A stretch of DNA of 64,000 nt from Sphingomonadales bacterium (GCA_044506885.1 JBIQKC010000009.1:11197-75196); one strand, 5' to 3'. Shown: positions 8,776 through 19,260, counted from the first letter of the stretch. Numbers and translations: made by a program. Notes: generated from the sequence alone by a model not told the origin.

Positions 8776-10095
8776 TTGGTCGCTTCGCTTGGGCAGTTAT
8801 TGGATTTGATGCGTCATCATGGCGCGTCGCGTATCTATGCCAAAAAGCTGGCACCCAACGACAACTCCAAAAATCAGGTATATCTCGGCGGAGATTTTTC
8901 CGCGCTCAACATCATTCCCCAGGGCAATATTTATACCGATGATGCCGACGTGGCTGGCGCCTTGCGTGACCGGGCCAAGGCTGCTGTCGACTTTTACTGG
9001 ATCGATGAGGCGGGCCGTCACCATGCGCCCAATACCGGACTGATCCTCTATCCGAAATATCCGGAGGTCCGCATGTCCGGCTTCCTGCTCGGCTGCAGGG
9101 CAGCACCGGCGCATATCATGCGGGTTCGCGACGAAGGCCGCGTGCTCTTTCTCGGCATGACGCAGCAAGGTGAGGTGCTCGGCTATGCCACCACCGCTGA
9201 TGATCCCGTCACTACCCAGCTGAATTCGGGTGACTGGCCGACGGTTGGCGTCTTTCTCGAGCTGCCTCTTTCCCTGCAGCAGGCGCAAAGCCCGAAGGCG
9301 CAGTTGCTCGATGAGCTCCGCCGTATTTATCGATTGCAGTGGATCGCCTCTCAGAAACTGGCAGCCGATGGCACGAAAGCGCCTTATGCTGCCCGCAACG
9401 GCGGTGGTTACACGCTCGAGGCGGAGTTGGGCATTACCCCCAACGGTTACGCCGAGCCGGACTTCAGGGGGTGGGAGATCAAGCAATATGGCGTCAGCGA
9501 TTTTGTGAATTTCAGGCCGAGGTCACCGGTTACGCTGATGACACCGGAGCCGACCGGCGGCATTTATCGCACCGAAGGCGTCGCGGAATTTATGAGGCGC
9601 TTTGGCTATCCTGATCAGGCGGGTAGGCCTGATCGGTTCAATTTTGGTGGGCGCTATGATTGCCTGCGCTCGGCTAACCATCTGACCGGCCTCCGCATGA
9701 CGCTGACCGGTTTTGATGCGACGACCGGTAAGATCGCGGATATGGATGGTGGTCTTGCGCTGATCGATGCGGGCGAAGACATCGCCGCATCATGGACTTT
9801 CAAAGGCATGATGGCACACTGGAACCGTAAGCATGCGCAGGCTGCCTATGTGCCCTCACTGTTCCGGACACCTCCGCCGGAATATAGCTATGGCGCACAT
9901 GTGCTGCTGTGCGAACAGACCGACTTCCTGCTGTTCCTCAAAGCCTTTGCCGTCGGCGTCGTCTATTATGACCCGGCAGTGAAGATCGAAAATGCATCAT
10001 CCGACAGGCCGGTTATCAAACGGCGCAGTCAGTTCCGGGTCGCTCATGCGGAGCTGACGAGATTGTATCAGCGACATGAGGTCGTGCAGCTTTGA
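8776..10095 (+). CDS. MvaI/BcnI-family restriction endonuclease
   Basis: NDNSKNQVY, GYTLEAELGI.PNG..EPDF.GWEIKQ, TLMTPEP; lies in the dcm-vsr operon. Confidence 0.8.
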   Translation: MVASLGQLLDLMRHHGASRIYAKKLAPNDNSKNQVYLGGDFSALNIIPQGNIYTDDADVAGALRDRAKAAVDFYWIDEAGRHHAPNTGLILYPKYPEVRMSGFLLGCRAAPAHIMRVRDEGRVLFLGMTQQGEVLGYATTADDPVTTQLNSGDWPTVGVFLELPLSLQQAQSPKAQLLDELRRIYRLQWIASQKLAADGTKAPYAARNGGGYTLEAELGITPNGYAEPDFRGWEIKQYGVSDFVNFRPRSPVTLMTPEPTGGIYRTEGVAEFMRRFGYPDQAGRPDRFNFGGRYDCLRSANHLTGLRMTLTGFDATTGKIADMDGGLALIDAGEDIAASWTFKGMMAHWNRKHAQAAYVPSLFRTPPPEYSYGAHVLLCEQTDFLLFLKAFAVGVVYYDPAVKIENASSDRPVIKRRSQFRVAHAELTRLYQRHEVVQL

Positions 10096-10297
10096 ATGTG
10101 CGGGTTCGCCGACAGAGCTGCCCTTCGGACCTGAAATGGTGGACCTTGAAAGCGGTCGTCCGTTCGTACCGAGTGTCGCCTCCACGAGGGCATCTCGGTA
10201 GATCGCTCAAAGGTCATTACCACGGTAAAAGCCGGCGCGGCTTTCCCGAGGTCTCTTTGCTAGCCACCCCCCGCGAGAACGGCATCGCGAAACGCCC

Positions 10298-10840
10298 CTA
10301 CTTTACCGGTTCGGTCGTCAATTGTGTGCGCAGCGTCCGGGGAAGCTCGAGCTGAACACCCGCGCCGGTGGCGCAGCGGTTGCAGATATTTGCTGAGTCC
10401 CGCCCAGCGAGACTGCCTTGGACGACGACGACGGCGTCGAAGCCCGCTACCGTCAGCTCTGACACGATTTGGTCGCGGAGCGTCGTATCGAGTCCGCCTA
10501 CTTTCACCATCACCGGATCACCATCATCGGCACGGCCATGAATGGCGACAACCTTCTGCGCCTCGCCCACGAGCGCAAGAGCTTGCGGTTCGTCGAACCT
10601 CGCCGATGTGATGTGCAGACTACCGCGCTTTCCCGCGGCGCGGAGCGCCTCGAAAGCGTAGAATGACAGAGTGTCACCCGCAATCGTAGCAGCTATCTCA
10701 GATGCGCCCGGTTCGATGAGGCCGCCATGCGGAGCAATTATAGCAACGGGCGTACCCCGGTTCTCAACGCGAATTCGGTAATCGACCCCAGACCTCTCGT
10801 TCGCTGCAAGCTCCTCGAAATTCGAATATCTGTCCACCAT
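10298..10840 (-). CDS. Poly-gamma-glutamate hydrolase (PghP/DUF867) family protein, possibly C-terminally clipped
   Basis: APHGG.IEPG.SE, HITSARFDEP, AIHG, NICN, GVQLEL. Confidence 0.85.
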   Translation of the reverse strand: MVDRYSNFEELAANERSGVDYRIRVENRGTPVAIIAPHGGLIEPGASEIAATIAGDTLSFYAFEALRAAGKRGSLHITSARFDEPQALALVGEAQKVVAIHGRADDGDPVMVKVGGLDTTLRDQIVSELTVAGFDAVVVVQGSLAGRDSANICNRCATGAGVQLELPRTLRTQLTTEPVK

Positions 10841-10890
10841 GCTGCGGAGCAAGCTATGCAACTGAAGGAAATTTAGCGAGGGGAAATGCG

Positions 10891-11835
10891 ATGAGACAAG
10901 GTTTGAGGATCGACGCCAACTATACGGAAGACGTCGTCGGCTTCGCCTTGGAATCTTTTCTGACCTTGTTGAGCTTTCCGCGGCAGCGCTTTTCGATTGA
11001 GCCGTTTTCGAGAGGCAAGGAGCGCTGGCTCGGCGCGGATGCACGGCTTCACGGCAAGATCCGCGGATTTCGGCCCTTCTACATGCAGTTCAAGCGGCCA
11101 GCGGCCTATCCGGATTTCAGCACCTCGAAGATCGTCACCGACCGCCGCAAGGCGGGTCTGACCACAACGCCGCGCGCCCTCTACTTCCCGCTGCGCCAAA
11201 AGCGGGAGACGCATCGCGACTTTCAGCACAATGTCCTGTTCCGATTGCGTCAACGATTGCTCAATCGCGGGCTGGGCGATGCTGCTTATGTTTGCCCGCT
11301 GTTTCTGGATCGCTCGGCCTACCGGCTCAACCTGCATTGGTCGGGTCTCGCCCGGTGGGGGCGCTTCTGGCGCCATTATCCTTGGGAAATCGAGGAGGTT
11401 CTGCTCGAAGACCGGGGGCGTTGGATTCGATTCGACCGAATGCCGGTCTTCGCAGAACATATCTCCGTGCCGCCGCACGTTGCCGTCGCCACCGCGTCAC
11501 ATAAATACAGCTTCACCGAGAACGGGACTGACCTCTGTTTTCACTCGCCTGAGGCGCTGCCGGACGGCGCGATGAACCTCGCAACATTCCTCAGCAAAGT
11601 CTCTGCCGGGTTCCTTGATGGCGGCGAGAAACTGTCTCCCGATCAATCAGACGAGATGCTGGGCGAACTGATCGCCGGCGTTTATGGCGATCAGGAGAGC
11701 ACGGCACCGACATTCCGTACAGAGGGCGAGGATCCCATTGGGCGTTGGTTCTCTTGGGGCGATCATCTCCGCAGTGAATATGCGATCGAGCAATTCGCGC
11801 TGATTAAGTGGGAGACCGAAGCTGGCCTGTTCTAG
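10891..11835 (+). CDS. Hypothetical protein, putative restriction-endonuclease-like fold
   Basis: E13..ERWLGAD..FYMQFKR resembles the E/D/QxK variant of PD-(D/E)xK. Confidence 0.65.
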   Translation: MRQGLRIDANYTEDVVGFALESFLTLLSFPRQRFSIEPFSRGKERWLGADARLHGKIRGFRPFYMQFKRPAAYPDFSTSKIVTDRRKAGLTTTPRALYFPLRQKRETHRDFQHNVLFRLRQRLLNRGLGDAAYVCPLFLDRSAYRLNLHWSGLARWGRFWRHYPWEIEEVLLEDRGRWIRFDRMPVFAEHISVPPHVAVATASHKYSFTENGTDLCFHSPEALPDGAMNLATFLSKVSAGFLDGGEKLSPDQSDEMLGELIAGVYGDQESTAPTFRTEGEDPIGRWFSWGDHLRSEYAIEQFALIKWETEAGLF

Positions 11836-12039
11836 CGCAGGCGGATACTGCTCGTCGCGGTTCATGACCGTTGCCCAATATTCGCCACTTCATTCTTGAC
11901 ATGCAAGTCCGCATCTACCGATTGCCTCGATGAGCCAAGCGTTCTAAGTTCGTTCTCATGGGCGGTAACTACCGGATCGGCTTCAAATGATCTTCGGTCG
12001 CCGCTCCAGTGAGGCCGGGGGGAACCAAAACCGCTAATC

Positions 12040-15000
12040 ATGTCGATAGAGCCGTTCAGCGCAGCTGTGGGAAAGACCGCCCTCTCTGCCGCCGCAAAGC
12101 CGACGCTGGCGCTGTTGCGGCAGCAAATTGCGCGTCGTGGCGCGGCCTTCGCCGACCTTTCGCAGCTGTCGGGAACCGATCACGAGCTCGACGAGGCGAT
12201 TGCGGTGCTTCGCGGTACGGCAGAGAGCTTGCCGGCGAGCATCGTGCTGAAACTCAAGGGCCTCCTTTCGCAGCGGCCCGACAGCTTTGCCGATGCTGAC
12301 GCCCGACACTTCATTGATGACGATCGAGTCATCGCGCTCGTCAAATCCGGAGCCCGCAAGACCTTCGGCAATGTGGACATCGCGGACGAGCGAGCACAAG
12401 CGCGGGTCATCCATGCCGAATTGTTCGGGGAGGATGGAATTTTCGGCGAGAGGCTGATCGAGGATGCCGTTCAGTTCGCTGCCCTGACTCTGGTTGCCCA
12501 TCTCACCCCCGCTGATCGCATAGTTATTGAGTTCATTGCGGAAAAGCACGACGAGGTTCTCCAAGAGCTGCACCATATCTCCGGCCAGATTGCCGACCTA
12601 AGGCACTGGGATGGGCGCGGCTCGCCGGCCGTCGACACCAATGTGCTCGATCAAGCGCTGGCAGGCGAAGTCCGCAAGCTGCGGCGACAACGCTTCATTC
12701 ATGGCAATGAATTGGTCCCGCAAGCGCGGCAACTCGCGGCGCGTCTCGAGAACGGATTGCAGCTTGCCAGCGCCGCTGTGAGAGCCGCCGCCTATCGGGA
12801 AATCGCCATCGTCCACACCCGTGCCGACCTGCCCGACGCGGCCGAGCCGTGGATTGCGAAAGCCGAAGCGCTCGGAGCCGACGTCACGCGCGAGCGCGCC
12901 CGTGTCGCGCTCGCGCGCGGGCAGCTAGACGAAGCCATGCGGCTCGTGCGTGATCGGGATGATTCCCTCGCCAGGAGTCTTTTCATCGACGCGGTGCAGC
13001 GCCGCGATGGCGAGAGTGCCGCACTCGAATTTTACGAGCAGCAATTCGCCGGCACGGACCTGACCGGCCACGCGCTGCAATCGATGGCGGTGCGTCTGTC
13101 CAACGCCGGCCGGCCCCTCGACGCCGAAGCGCTGCTCGCCGGCGCTACATCCGAGCAGATCGACGACAACCCCGTCCTCCTTTATCTGCGGGCGCGCCTG
13201 CACATCGCTGGCGCCTTGCCCGACGATGTCGCCGAGCGTTTCCGCAAGACCGACGGCATCATCCCGCATCCTGGCGATGTGCGCGACGACGACGAAGGTC
13301 AAAGGCGGCTTGCCGCCGCGCGCGTCGACCTCCTCCAATTGAGCGAGGCGCTTTCGGACCTGGACGCCGCTGACCTCGTCAGCTTGGTCGACGTCAATCT
13401 GCTATTTCTGAACTTGAACCTCGGAACGGCGGCCGAGCGGACCCAAGCCCGAGAGCTATTGGTCGCAAGGCTTGCCGATCCGAACGAAGCGATCGAGCTC
13501 GCACCGATTGCCGCGATCTACGGCATCGATGTTGATTGGTCGGCGATCCGTGCGCGCCTCGCGCAAGCCGAGCAGCTGGGCGGCTATGATGACATGCAGT
13601 TGCGCGCCGCTTTCGCGCTCGTGATGAAGGGCGACTCCGCTAAGGAGATCGCCCACTTCATCCGCCAATATGGCGAGCGGTTGAAAGAGCAGCAGAGCCC
13701 CGAAACGATCGTGGCGATCGACATCGAGGCGCGATCGAAAAGCGGCGACATCGAAGGTGCGAAGGCCTTGCTGGCGAAAGAGCGCGCGGCGCTCGCTGAC
13801 GCCACGGCTGCCTTTCTCGACGCAACGATTGCGGAAGCCGAAGGCGCCGATTCGATCGGCCTGCGCCTGGTGCAGTATGAAGCGTCCGGCTCTACGCACG
13901 ACCTCCAGATTCTGGTGGCAGTGCTCGGCGAAGCCGGCGATGACCGTTTAGGCGACTATCTCATCGAACTCTGGCGGCGGCGCCATCAGATCGAGGATGC
14001 GCGGCGTGCCTGCGACGTGCTGGTGCGCACCGGCAAGGAACACACCGCCGAGGCTTTTCTCGAGGAGTTAGGGGATCTCGCGCGGCAGGATAGCCATTTG
14101 CACGCGCACTTGGCGTGGGGCCGCTTGCGGCAGGGGCAGCTCCTGGATGCCGTCGCCGAACTCAAGGCACTCGGCGACGCGGGGGTCGACAATCACAACA
14201 CGCGACAGCTGACTATCGTCCTGGCGATCGAGACCGGCCGCTGGTCCGAGTTGGAGCCGTTCCTTCAGAAAGAGCTGGCCGCGCAGGCTGATCGTTCGGG
14301 TGCCGAGCTCATGTCTCTCGCCCACATCGCGCAGGCGATCGACAGCCCGACGACCATGGCGCTCGTGCGCGCCGCCATCGCGAAGGCGCCCGACGATCCG
14401 GTGCTCAATATGAACGGTTACACCATTGCGGTGGAGGCAGGGTTCGAGCGCAACGCCGAAGTCAACGGATGGTTTGGCCGCGCGATCGCCGGATCGACCG
14501 AGGACGGTCCGATCTATTCGAAGGATTTCGATGACGTCATCGAGATGGTGAAGGATTCGCGCGCGCAATCCGAGCGCGTGAACGAGCTGGTGAACACGGC
14601 GGAGGTGCCCATCTTCCTGGCGCTCGGGCAGCTGCGAGGGGCCCAAAGCGCGCTGATGCTGCTGCAAATGCCGCAGAATGCCGAGGAAACCGACGGTCGA
14701 CGAAAGTCCGTCCTGCCGCTGTTTGCCGGCAATCGGCCTCAGGCCAGCGATGTCGTCCCAACATCCATCGCCTTTGACCCGCTTGCATTGCTGGTGCTCG
14801 ACTATCTCGGGCTGTTGCGATCTGCGATCGACGCATTCGACGAGGTGATCCTGCCGGCCGGAACGCTCCACAGCTTCTTCGAGGACCGCGGCCGATCGGG
14901 GCCGTCTCAACCGAGCCGGATCGACCAGGCCCGCGAAATCAAGGATCGCGCGGCTTCGGGAACGCTCACGGTGGAAGCGCTTCCCGTGGTGGACGCCGAT

Positions 15001-16311
15001 CTTGCCGCGCTGGTCGGGGAGGAGTTAGCGCGCCTCTATGCGGCCGCGGTCGAACGCGACGGCTATGTGATCGACACAGCCCCGCTTCATCCGCCCGGTA
15101 AGCTCCACGAGACGGTCAATCCCGCGCCCTTCGCCGCACGGCTGGTCAGCCCGGCCGGACTCGTTCAATCGCTCCTCGCCGCCGGGACGTTGAGCCAGTC
15201 GCGCGCGACAAGCGCGGTCGCGATGGTCGGCGGCAGCGGACCCGCCTGGCCGGATGAGGTCTCGCCGCTGGGCGGCAAGCCGATGTTCCTCACCGGCCTC
15301 GCCGTGCAATATCTCTCCGACGCCGGTCTGCTCCCGATCCTCAAGAACCACGGCGGCACGCTGACGGTGCTGCCTGACGTCATCGAGCTGGCCGATCGCG
15401 AGATCGCGGCCGGCCAGGCGTCGCAAAAGGTGCGTCAAGGGATCGAGCGCGTTCGCGAAACGCTTGCGGAGGCGATCACCCAGCGCCGGGTGCGGGTCGG
15501 TCCGACCCGCCTCCGACGCGACGAACTGGAAGGCGGCGAGGAGGATCAACCGCTTCGGCGCAACATGGGACCCGTGGTGAGCGCCCTTCGCGATTCCGGC
15601 GGCGTGGAAGCCTTCGTGTGCGACGATCGCGCCATGAACAAATATCTCCAGTTCACCGATCACCAAGGTCGGCAGGTGCCGTTCCTGACGACCCCGGACC
15701 TGCTGCGCATCCTGCACGACAAGGGCGTGATTGATACGCCCGCGCTGGCCGCTGCAAGGGAGAAGCTGAGGATCGCCGGTGCCGGCCTGATGCCGCTCGA
15801 CCCGCTCGAACTCGTCGAAGCGGCGCAGGCCAGCAACTGGGCCGTCGGTCCCAATGCCGAGCTGCGCGCGATCCGCGATTCCATCCATCTGCCGCTGGCG
15901 CGCAAGATCCTTCAGCTGCCGCAGGAACGGCCCTGGCTCAAGGCGATGTGCCTCGGCATCGCGTTCGCGATCCGCCGCGTCTGGCAGGAACTGGACGATC
16001 CGGTCATGGCCGAGCGCGCGGCGACCTATCTTCTCGACATGATCCCGGACGCGGAAGCCTGGAGCGCCGCGGATGAATCGCCCGACCGCGGCCTGTGGGT
16101 CCAGGACGTGTTCCGGCACACGCTGTGGGCGATCGCCTCCATCTTCGACCTGCCGGGCGAGCGTACCGACATTTTTCAGCGATGGTTCGACACCCAGGTC
16201 GCGCCGGACGCAGCACGACGCGATCCCGGCGCAATGGAAGCCATTGCCCGGACTCTGTTCGGCTTTTTGACCACCCCCCTTGCTGAGGACGCCGGCAATG
16301 ACGGCGAATGA
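12040..16311 (+). CDS. 1423 aa alpha-solenoid (TPR-like) protein with C-terminal PIN-like region
   Basis: Long helical Ala/Leu-rich body; IAFDPLALLVL..LGLL; FVCDDRAM..FLTTPDLL..L..KGVI. Confidence 0.75.
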   Translation: MSIEPFSAAVGKTALSAAAKPTLALLRQQIARRGAAFADLSQLSGTDHELDEAIAVLRGTAESLPASIVLKLKGLLSQRPDSFADADARHFIDDDRVIALVKSGARKTFGNVDIADERAQARVIHAELFGEDGIFGERLIEDAVQFAALTLVAHLTPADRIVIEFIAEKHDEVLQELHHISGQIADLRHWDGRGSPAVDTNVLDQALAGEVRKLRRQRFIHGNELVPQARQLAARLENGLQLASAAVRAAAYREIAIVHTRADLPDAAEPWIAKAEALGADVTRERARVALARGQLDEAMRLVRDRDDSLARSLFIDAVQRRDGESAALEFYEQQFAGTDLTGHALQSMAVRLSNAGRPLDAEALLAGATSEQIDDNPVLLYLRARLHIAGALPDDVAERFRKTDGIIPHPGDVRDDDEGQRRLAAARVDLLQLSEALSDLDAADLVSLVDVNLLFLNLNLGTAAERTQARELLVARLADPNEAIELAPIAAIYGIDVDWSAIRARLAQAEQLGGYDDMQLRAAFALVMKGDSAKEIAHFIRQYGERLKEQQSPETIVAIDIEARSKSGDIEGAKALLAKERAALADATAAFLDATIAEAEGADSIGLRLVQYEASGSTHDLQILVAVLGEAGDDRLGDYLIELWRRRHQIEDARRACDVLVRTGKEHTAEAFLEELGDLARQDSHLHAHLAWGRLRQGQLLDAVAELKALGDAGVDNHNTRQLTIVLAIETGRWSELEPFLQKELAAQADRSGAELMSLAHIAQAIDSPTTMALVRAAIAKAPDDPVLNMNGYTIAVEAGFERNAEVNGWFGRAIAGSTEDGPIYSKDFDDVIEMVKDSRAQSERVNELVNTAEVPIFLALGQLRGAQSALMLLQMPQNAEETDGRRKSVLPLFAGNRPQASDVVPTSIAFDPLALLVLDYLGLLRSAIDAFDEVILPAGTLHSFFEDRGRSGPSQPSRIDQAREIKDRAASGTLTVEALPVVDADLAALVGEELARLYAAAVERDGYVIDTAPLHPPGKLHETVNPAPFAARLVSPAGLVQSLLAAGTLSQSRATSAVAMVGGSGPAWPDEVSPLGGKPMFLTGLAVQYLSDAGLLPILKNHGGTLTVLPDVIELADREIAAGQASQKVRQGIERVRETLAEAITQRRVRVGPTRLRRDELEGGEEDQPLRRNMGPVVSALRDSGGVEAFVCDDRAMNKYLQFTDHQGRQVPFLTTPDLLRILHDKGVIDTPALAAAREKLRIAGAGLMPLDPLELVEAAQASNWAVGPNAELRAIRDSIHLPLARKILQLPQERPWLKAMCLGIAFAIRRVWQELDDPVMAERAATYLLDMIPDAEAWSAADESPDRGLWVQDVFRHTLWAIASIFDLPGERTDIFQRWFDTQVAPDAARRDPGAMEAIARTLFGFLTTPLAEDAGNDGE

Positions 16312-18280
16312 ATCGAACCTATCGCCCGAAGAGGAAGTACGCGCGTTGCTGGCCAGCACGATACCGAAGCTGCCTGAGGCGGTTCGCACGATCATGTTGG
16401 CCGATCCTGCGGTTTTGACCGCGCTTGGCCTGCCCACGGGCGATTTCGTCCGGATATGGAGTCGCCGGTTCAGCCGGTCCGAGCTTTTCGCATGTCTTCG
16501 CCACATCGCCAACGACGTCGCCGTGCCGCTCGTCTCGGCCGACGGCGAGATCGAGGTCGAAGAAGTCTGGCTGGACGAGGATGGCGCGGGTGTCCTGCGC
16601 AGCGGCAGCGAAGCAGCCCGTTTCGCCAATGTCGCCGTCCTGAGCGACGATTTCGCGCGCCGGTCATCGGCGATCGATGCCATCGTCGCCAGTGGCGAAA
16701 TGTCGTCGGAGCGCGAGGGCATTTGGCGCGCGGCGATCGCCATGGGGCCTCTCGACGACGCGCTTTACCTGGCGCTGGAAACCGAGCTCGGCGCCAGCCC
16801 CGAAACCGCCTTTCGTTCGATGGCGCACGACATCGGCGAGGGCAGTGCCAAATTCGATGATCTCGTTCCCGTCGATCTCAACCACTATGCGGGTCTGCTT
16901 GGCCTGTTTCCGCCACCGCAGACATTGGCGGAATTCAGAACGGCTTGGCTTGCTGCCGCTGAAGCGCTCGACGACACCCGCCTTCTTCGTCTCCTCAAGT
17001 TGAGCGGCCCGCTCTCACTCCTTTCCGGAGCTCTCGTCGCTCAAGCGAGCGACCGCCTTCCTGCGACCGATCGCGTGGCATTGGCACATTTTCTCGCGGC
17101 CGCTCCCGATCCCTTCAGCGTCATCGCGGCCTTTGAAGTTGCATGCCGCCACCGGGGCGATCCGGCGATGCAGGCAATCGGTGACGCGCTTGCGCCTCGC
17201 CTGCTGGATCGCTCGGACCCGCTGATCGAAGTTGCCAGCCCGGCGCTCAAGGCCACGCTTGCAATAACGACCGCGATCACCGCGCGTCATCGAACGCTCG
17301 CCGATTGGCCGCTCTACGCGAAGCGGTTGGTGCGGATCGTACACGCAAGCCATCTCCTGCGTCTCTTCCGGACGGCGAATGTCGATCCGGCGATTTTCGA
17401 GGATCAAGTCATGCGAGGCTTCGCACCGCAGGCCAGGCTGGCCGACCTCTGTGATGCTCGGGAGGCCCCGCTCTGGCAACCCAACCACTTCGTGCCGGCG
17501 GCGGTCCATGCCCTTTCCATGGCGCGCATGACGGCCGCAGCGTCGAAGCTTGATGAGAGCGATATTCCCCCGGCCTGGCTGACCGCGGGAGAAACCGCTC
17601 TTGCAGGCGATGTCGAAGCGGGTTGGGGCCTGTTCCTGTTTGCGCCGTCACCGCTCGACGAGCTGGACGGCCAGTGGACGGGACCAACGATCCTCACGCC
17701 CGAGAACGCGGAAGAAGCGTGCCAGGTACTCGAAGCCGGCGAGGATCCCGAACGCTGTTTGAGCGAGCTGATAAAGCTGTCGGTCGCATTCGAGGTGCCG
17801 CCCGATCGGCGTGACGTGCTTGGCGCGGCACTTCCCGCATTGCTCAAACGGCTTGACGGAGCGAACTTCATGAACGCCGGCGAAATCGCCCTGCAGCTCG
17901 CCGCCCGATGGCGCGACGAGGCGCTTTCCGACCGGATCGTCGACGTCCTCCTGGAGCGGGCGCGCGGCGATGGTCTTCCCGACGCTGCTGGTGCGCCGCG
18001 GCTAACGATGCTTGCCGCTGCCGCCGAGGAGGATCGAGCGCGTTGGCTGCAACGGGCCGGCAATGTGGCCCAGCATTTCGCCTATGTGCAGAAGAGCGGC
18101 TCAGCCTCGATCAATCTTCTGCGCGCGCTGGAGCTGCTCCGCGACTTCGAACCCGATCTCGGTCCCCAAATCGCTTCAGCTAAGGCGTACACTGTCCTGA
18201 CGTTCGATCGGCTTCCACGGGCTACGCCTGCGGACTCGTCAAGCATAGACGCTGATGATGCCGCGGGCGATCTGGACTGA
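16298..18280 (+). CDS. ~660 aa helical hypothetical protein, partner of the upstream gene
   Basis: GAGGA RBS and ATG overlapping the end of the upstream gene by 14 nt. Confidence 0.75.
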   Translation: MTANESNLSPEEEVRALLASTIPKLPEAVRTIMLADPAVLTALGLPTGDFVRIWSRRFSRSELFACLRHIANDVAVPLVSADGEIEVEEVWLDEDGAGVLRSGSEAARFANVAVLSDDFARRSSAIDAIVASGEMSSEREGIWRAAIAMGPLDDALYLALETELGASPETAFRSMAHDIGEGSAKFDDLVPVDLNHYAGLLGLFPPPQTLAEFRTAWLAAAEALDDTRLLRLLKLSGPLSLLSGALVAQASDRLPATDRVALAHFLAAAPDPFSVIAAFEVACRHRGDPAMQAIGDALAPRLLDRSDPLIEVASPALKATLAITTAITARHRTLADWPLYAKRLVRIVHASHLLRLFRTANVDPAIFEDQVMRGFAPQARLADLCDAREAPLWQPNHFVPAAVHALSMARMTAAASKLDESDIPPAWLTAGETALAGDVEAGWGLFLFAPSPLDELDGQWTGPTILTPENAEEACQVLEAGEDPERCLSELIKLSVAFEVPPDRRDVLGAALPALLKRLDGANFMNAGEIALQLAARWRDEALSDRIVDVLLERARGDGLPDAAGAPRLTMLAAAAEEDRARWLQRAGNVAQHFAYVQKSGSASINLLRALELLRDFEPDLGPQIASAKAYTVLTFDRLPRATPADSSSIDADDAAGDLD

Positions 18281-18822
18281 TTTGCGCCTTTGGTGCCGCG
18301 CCGCGGGCTGTTTTGGACAACTAGGTCTCAAGTCTTGCTTTGCGAAGGACGAAGTGTGACGGTGCATTCTTAATGCGTTGGTCGAGCGAGCACTCTCACC
18401 ACAAATCGGGGAGCGGTGGCCAGTCGATGAACATTCTGCGGCAGACAAAGGGTGCGAGCTCCGCGAGGGGAATGCACATGTTCGGCGCGATAGCTGCCGC
18501 TTGGTTGCGCGATTTCGGCATCGTGTAGCGTCATCGCACAGCTTGAATGTTGATCCTGTTGCTACAGACGCAGACATTCAAAGTGGGCTTCACAAGTAAC
18601 CCGCACGCGCGAGAAATTCCTTTACGTTTGGTTCCGGTGCGGCGGGAACACTTGCGATCGCAAGATTTCGCAAACTGACGCCGAGGTCACGATTTCTTGT
18701 CATGGGGGAGAAACGACGGTGACGAAGACTGGCAGAATCTCGAACGTCCGCTATCCCAGTGAGTGCTCCTGGAAGGCGACTTTCCGGACTGTCCAACTAA
18801 GCTGACGATTTATTTAGGCGGT

Positions 18823-19119
18823 CTAGCCACCTTGCCCGCCACGTTCGAGCAATTTCGTAATGGCCGACGAGAGGATTTCGATCCGCATGCCCAGCTCCCG
18901 GAGACTGGCTGCGGAAGCCATCGCGCAATCGGACGACAGCCTCTCCGACTGTCCCTCGGCCGCTCCTGCCGCCGCATCCTCGGCCGCGATAGTGATGAGA
19001 TAGAACAGTCGGCGGACAATATCGCGGCGGGCTTCGGCATCTTCGGACATGGCCCGACGAAGCCGCAGAGGCTCAGCCAAGTCCAGACCCAGCTTTTCCG
19101 GCGTATTCGCATATTCCAT
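18823..19119 (-). CDS. Small hypothetical helical protein
   Basis: Amphipathic helices; divergent from DUF3489. Confidence 0.5.
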   Translation of the reverse strand: MEYANTPEKLGLDLAEPLRLRRAMSEDAEARRDIVRRLFYLITIAAEDAAAGAAEGQSERLSSDCAMASAASLRELGMRIEILSSAITKLLERGGQGG

Positions 19120-19260
19120 TCGACTTCGCTGACGACGCAAGCATTGCTGTCGTCACTGAATCGCGGCCGGTCAGATCGGCCGCTACCCCGACCGGCGCGA
19201 CCGGCGGGGCTTCGGGTGGTGGGAGCGGCGCGCTGCCGCTCCGAAGCAGGAGCACCATCC

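Noticed and set aside
15025..16743. 572 aa minus-strand ORF
   Set aside because: Antisense shadow of the 1423 aa gene; typical of high-GC sequence
18281..18822. Lower-GC spacer with short ORFs
   Set aside because: No recognisable motif, repeat or RBS-supported ORF; it may be a gene remnant, but I cannot support a call
18763..19260. Long N-terminal extension of the DUF3489 ORF
   Set aside because: Overlaps an opposite-strand gene; the RBS supports ATG 19261
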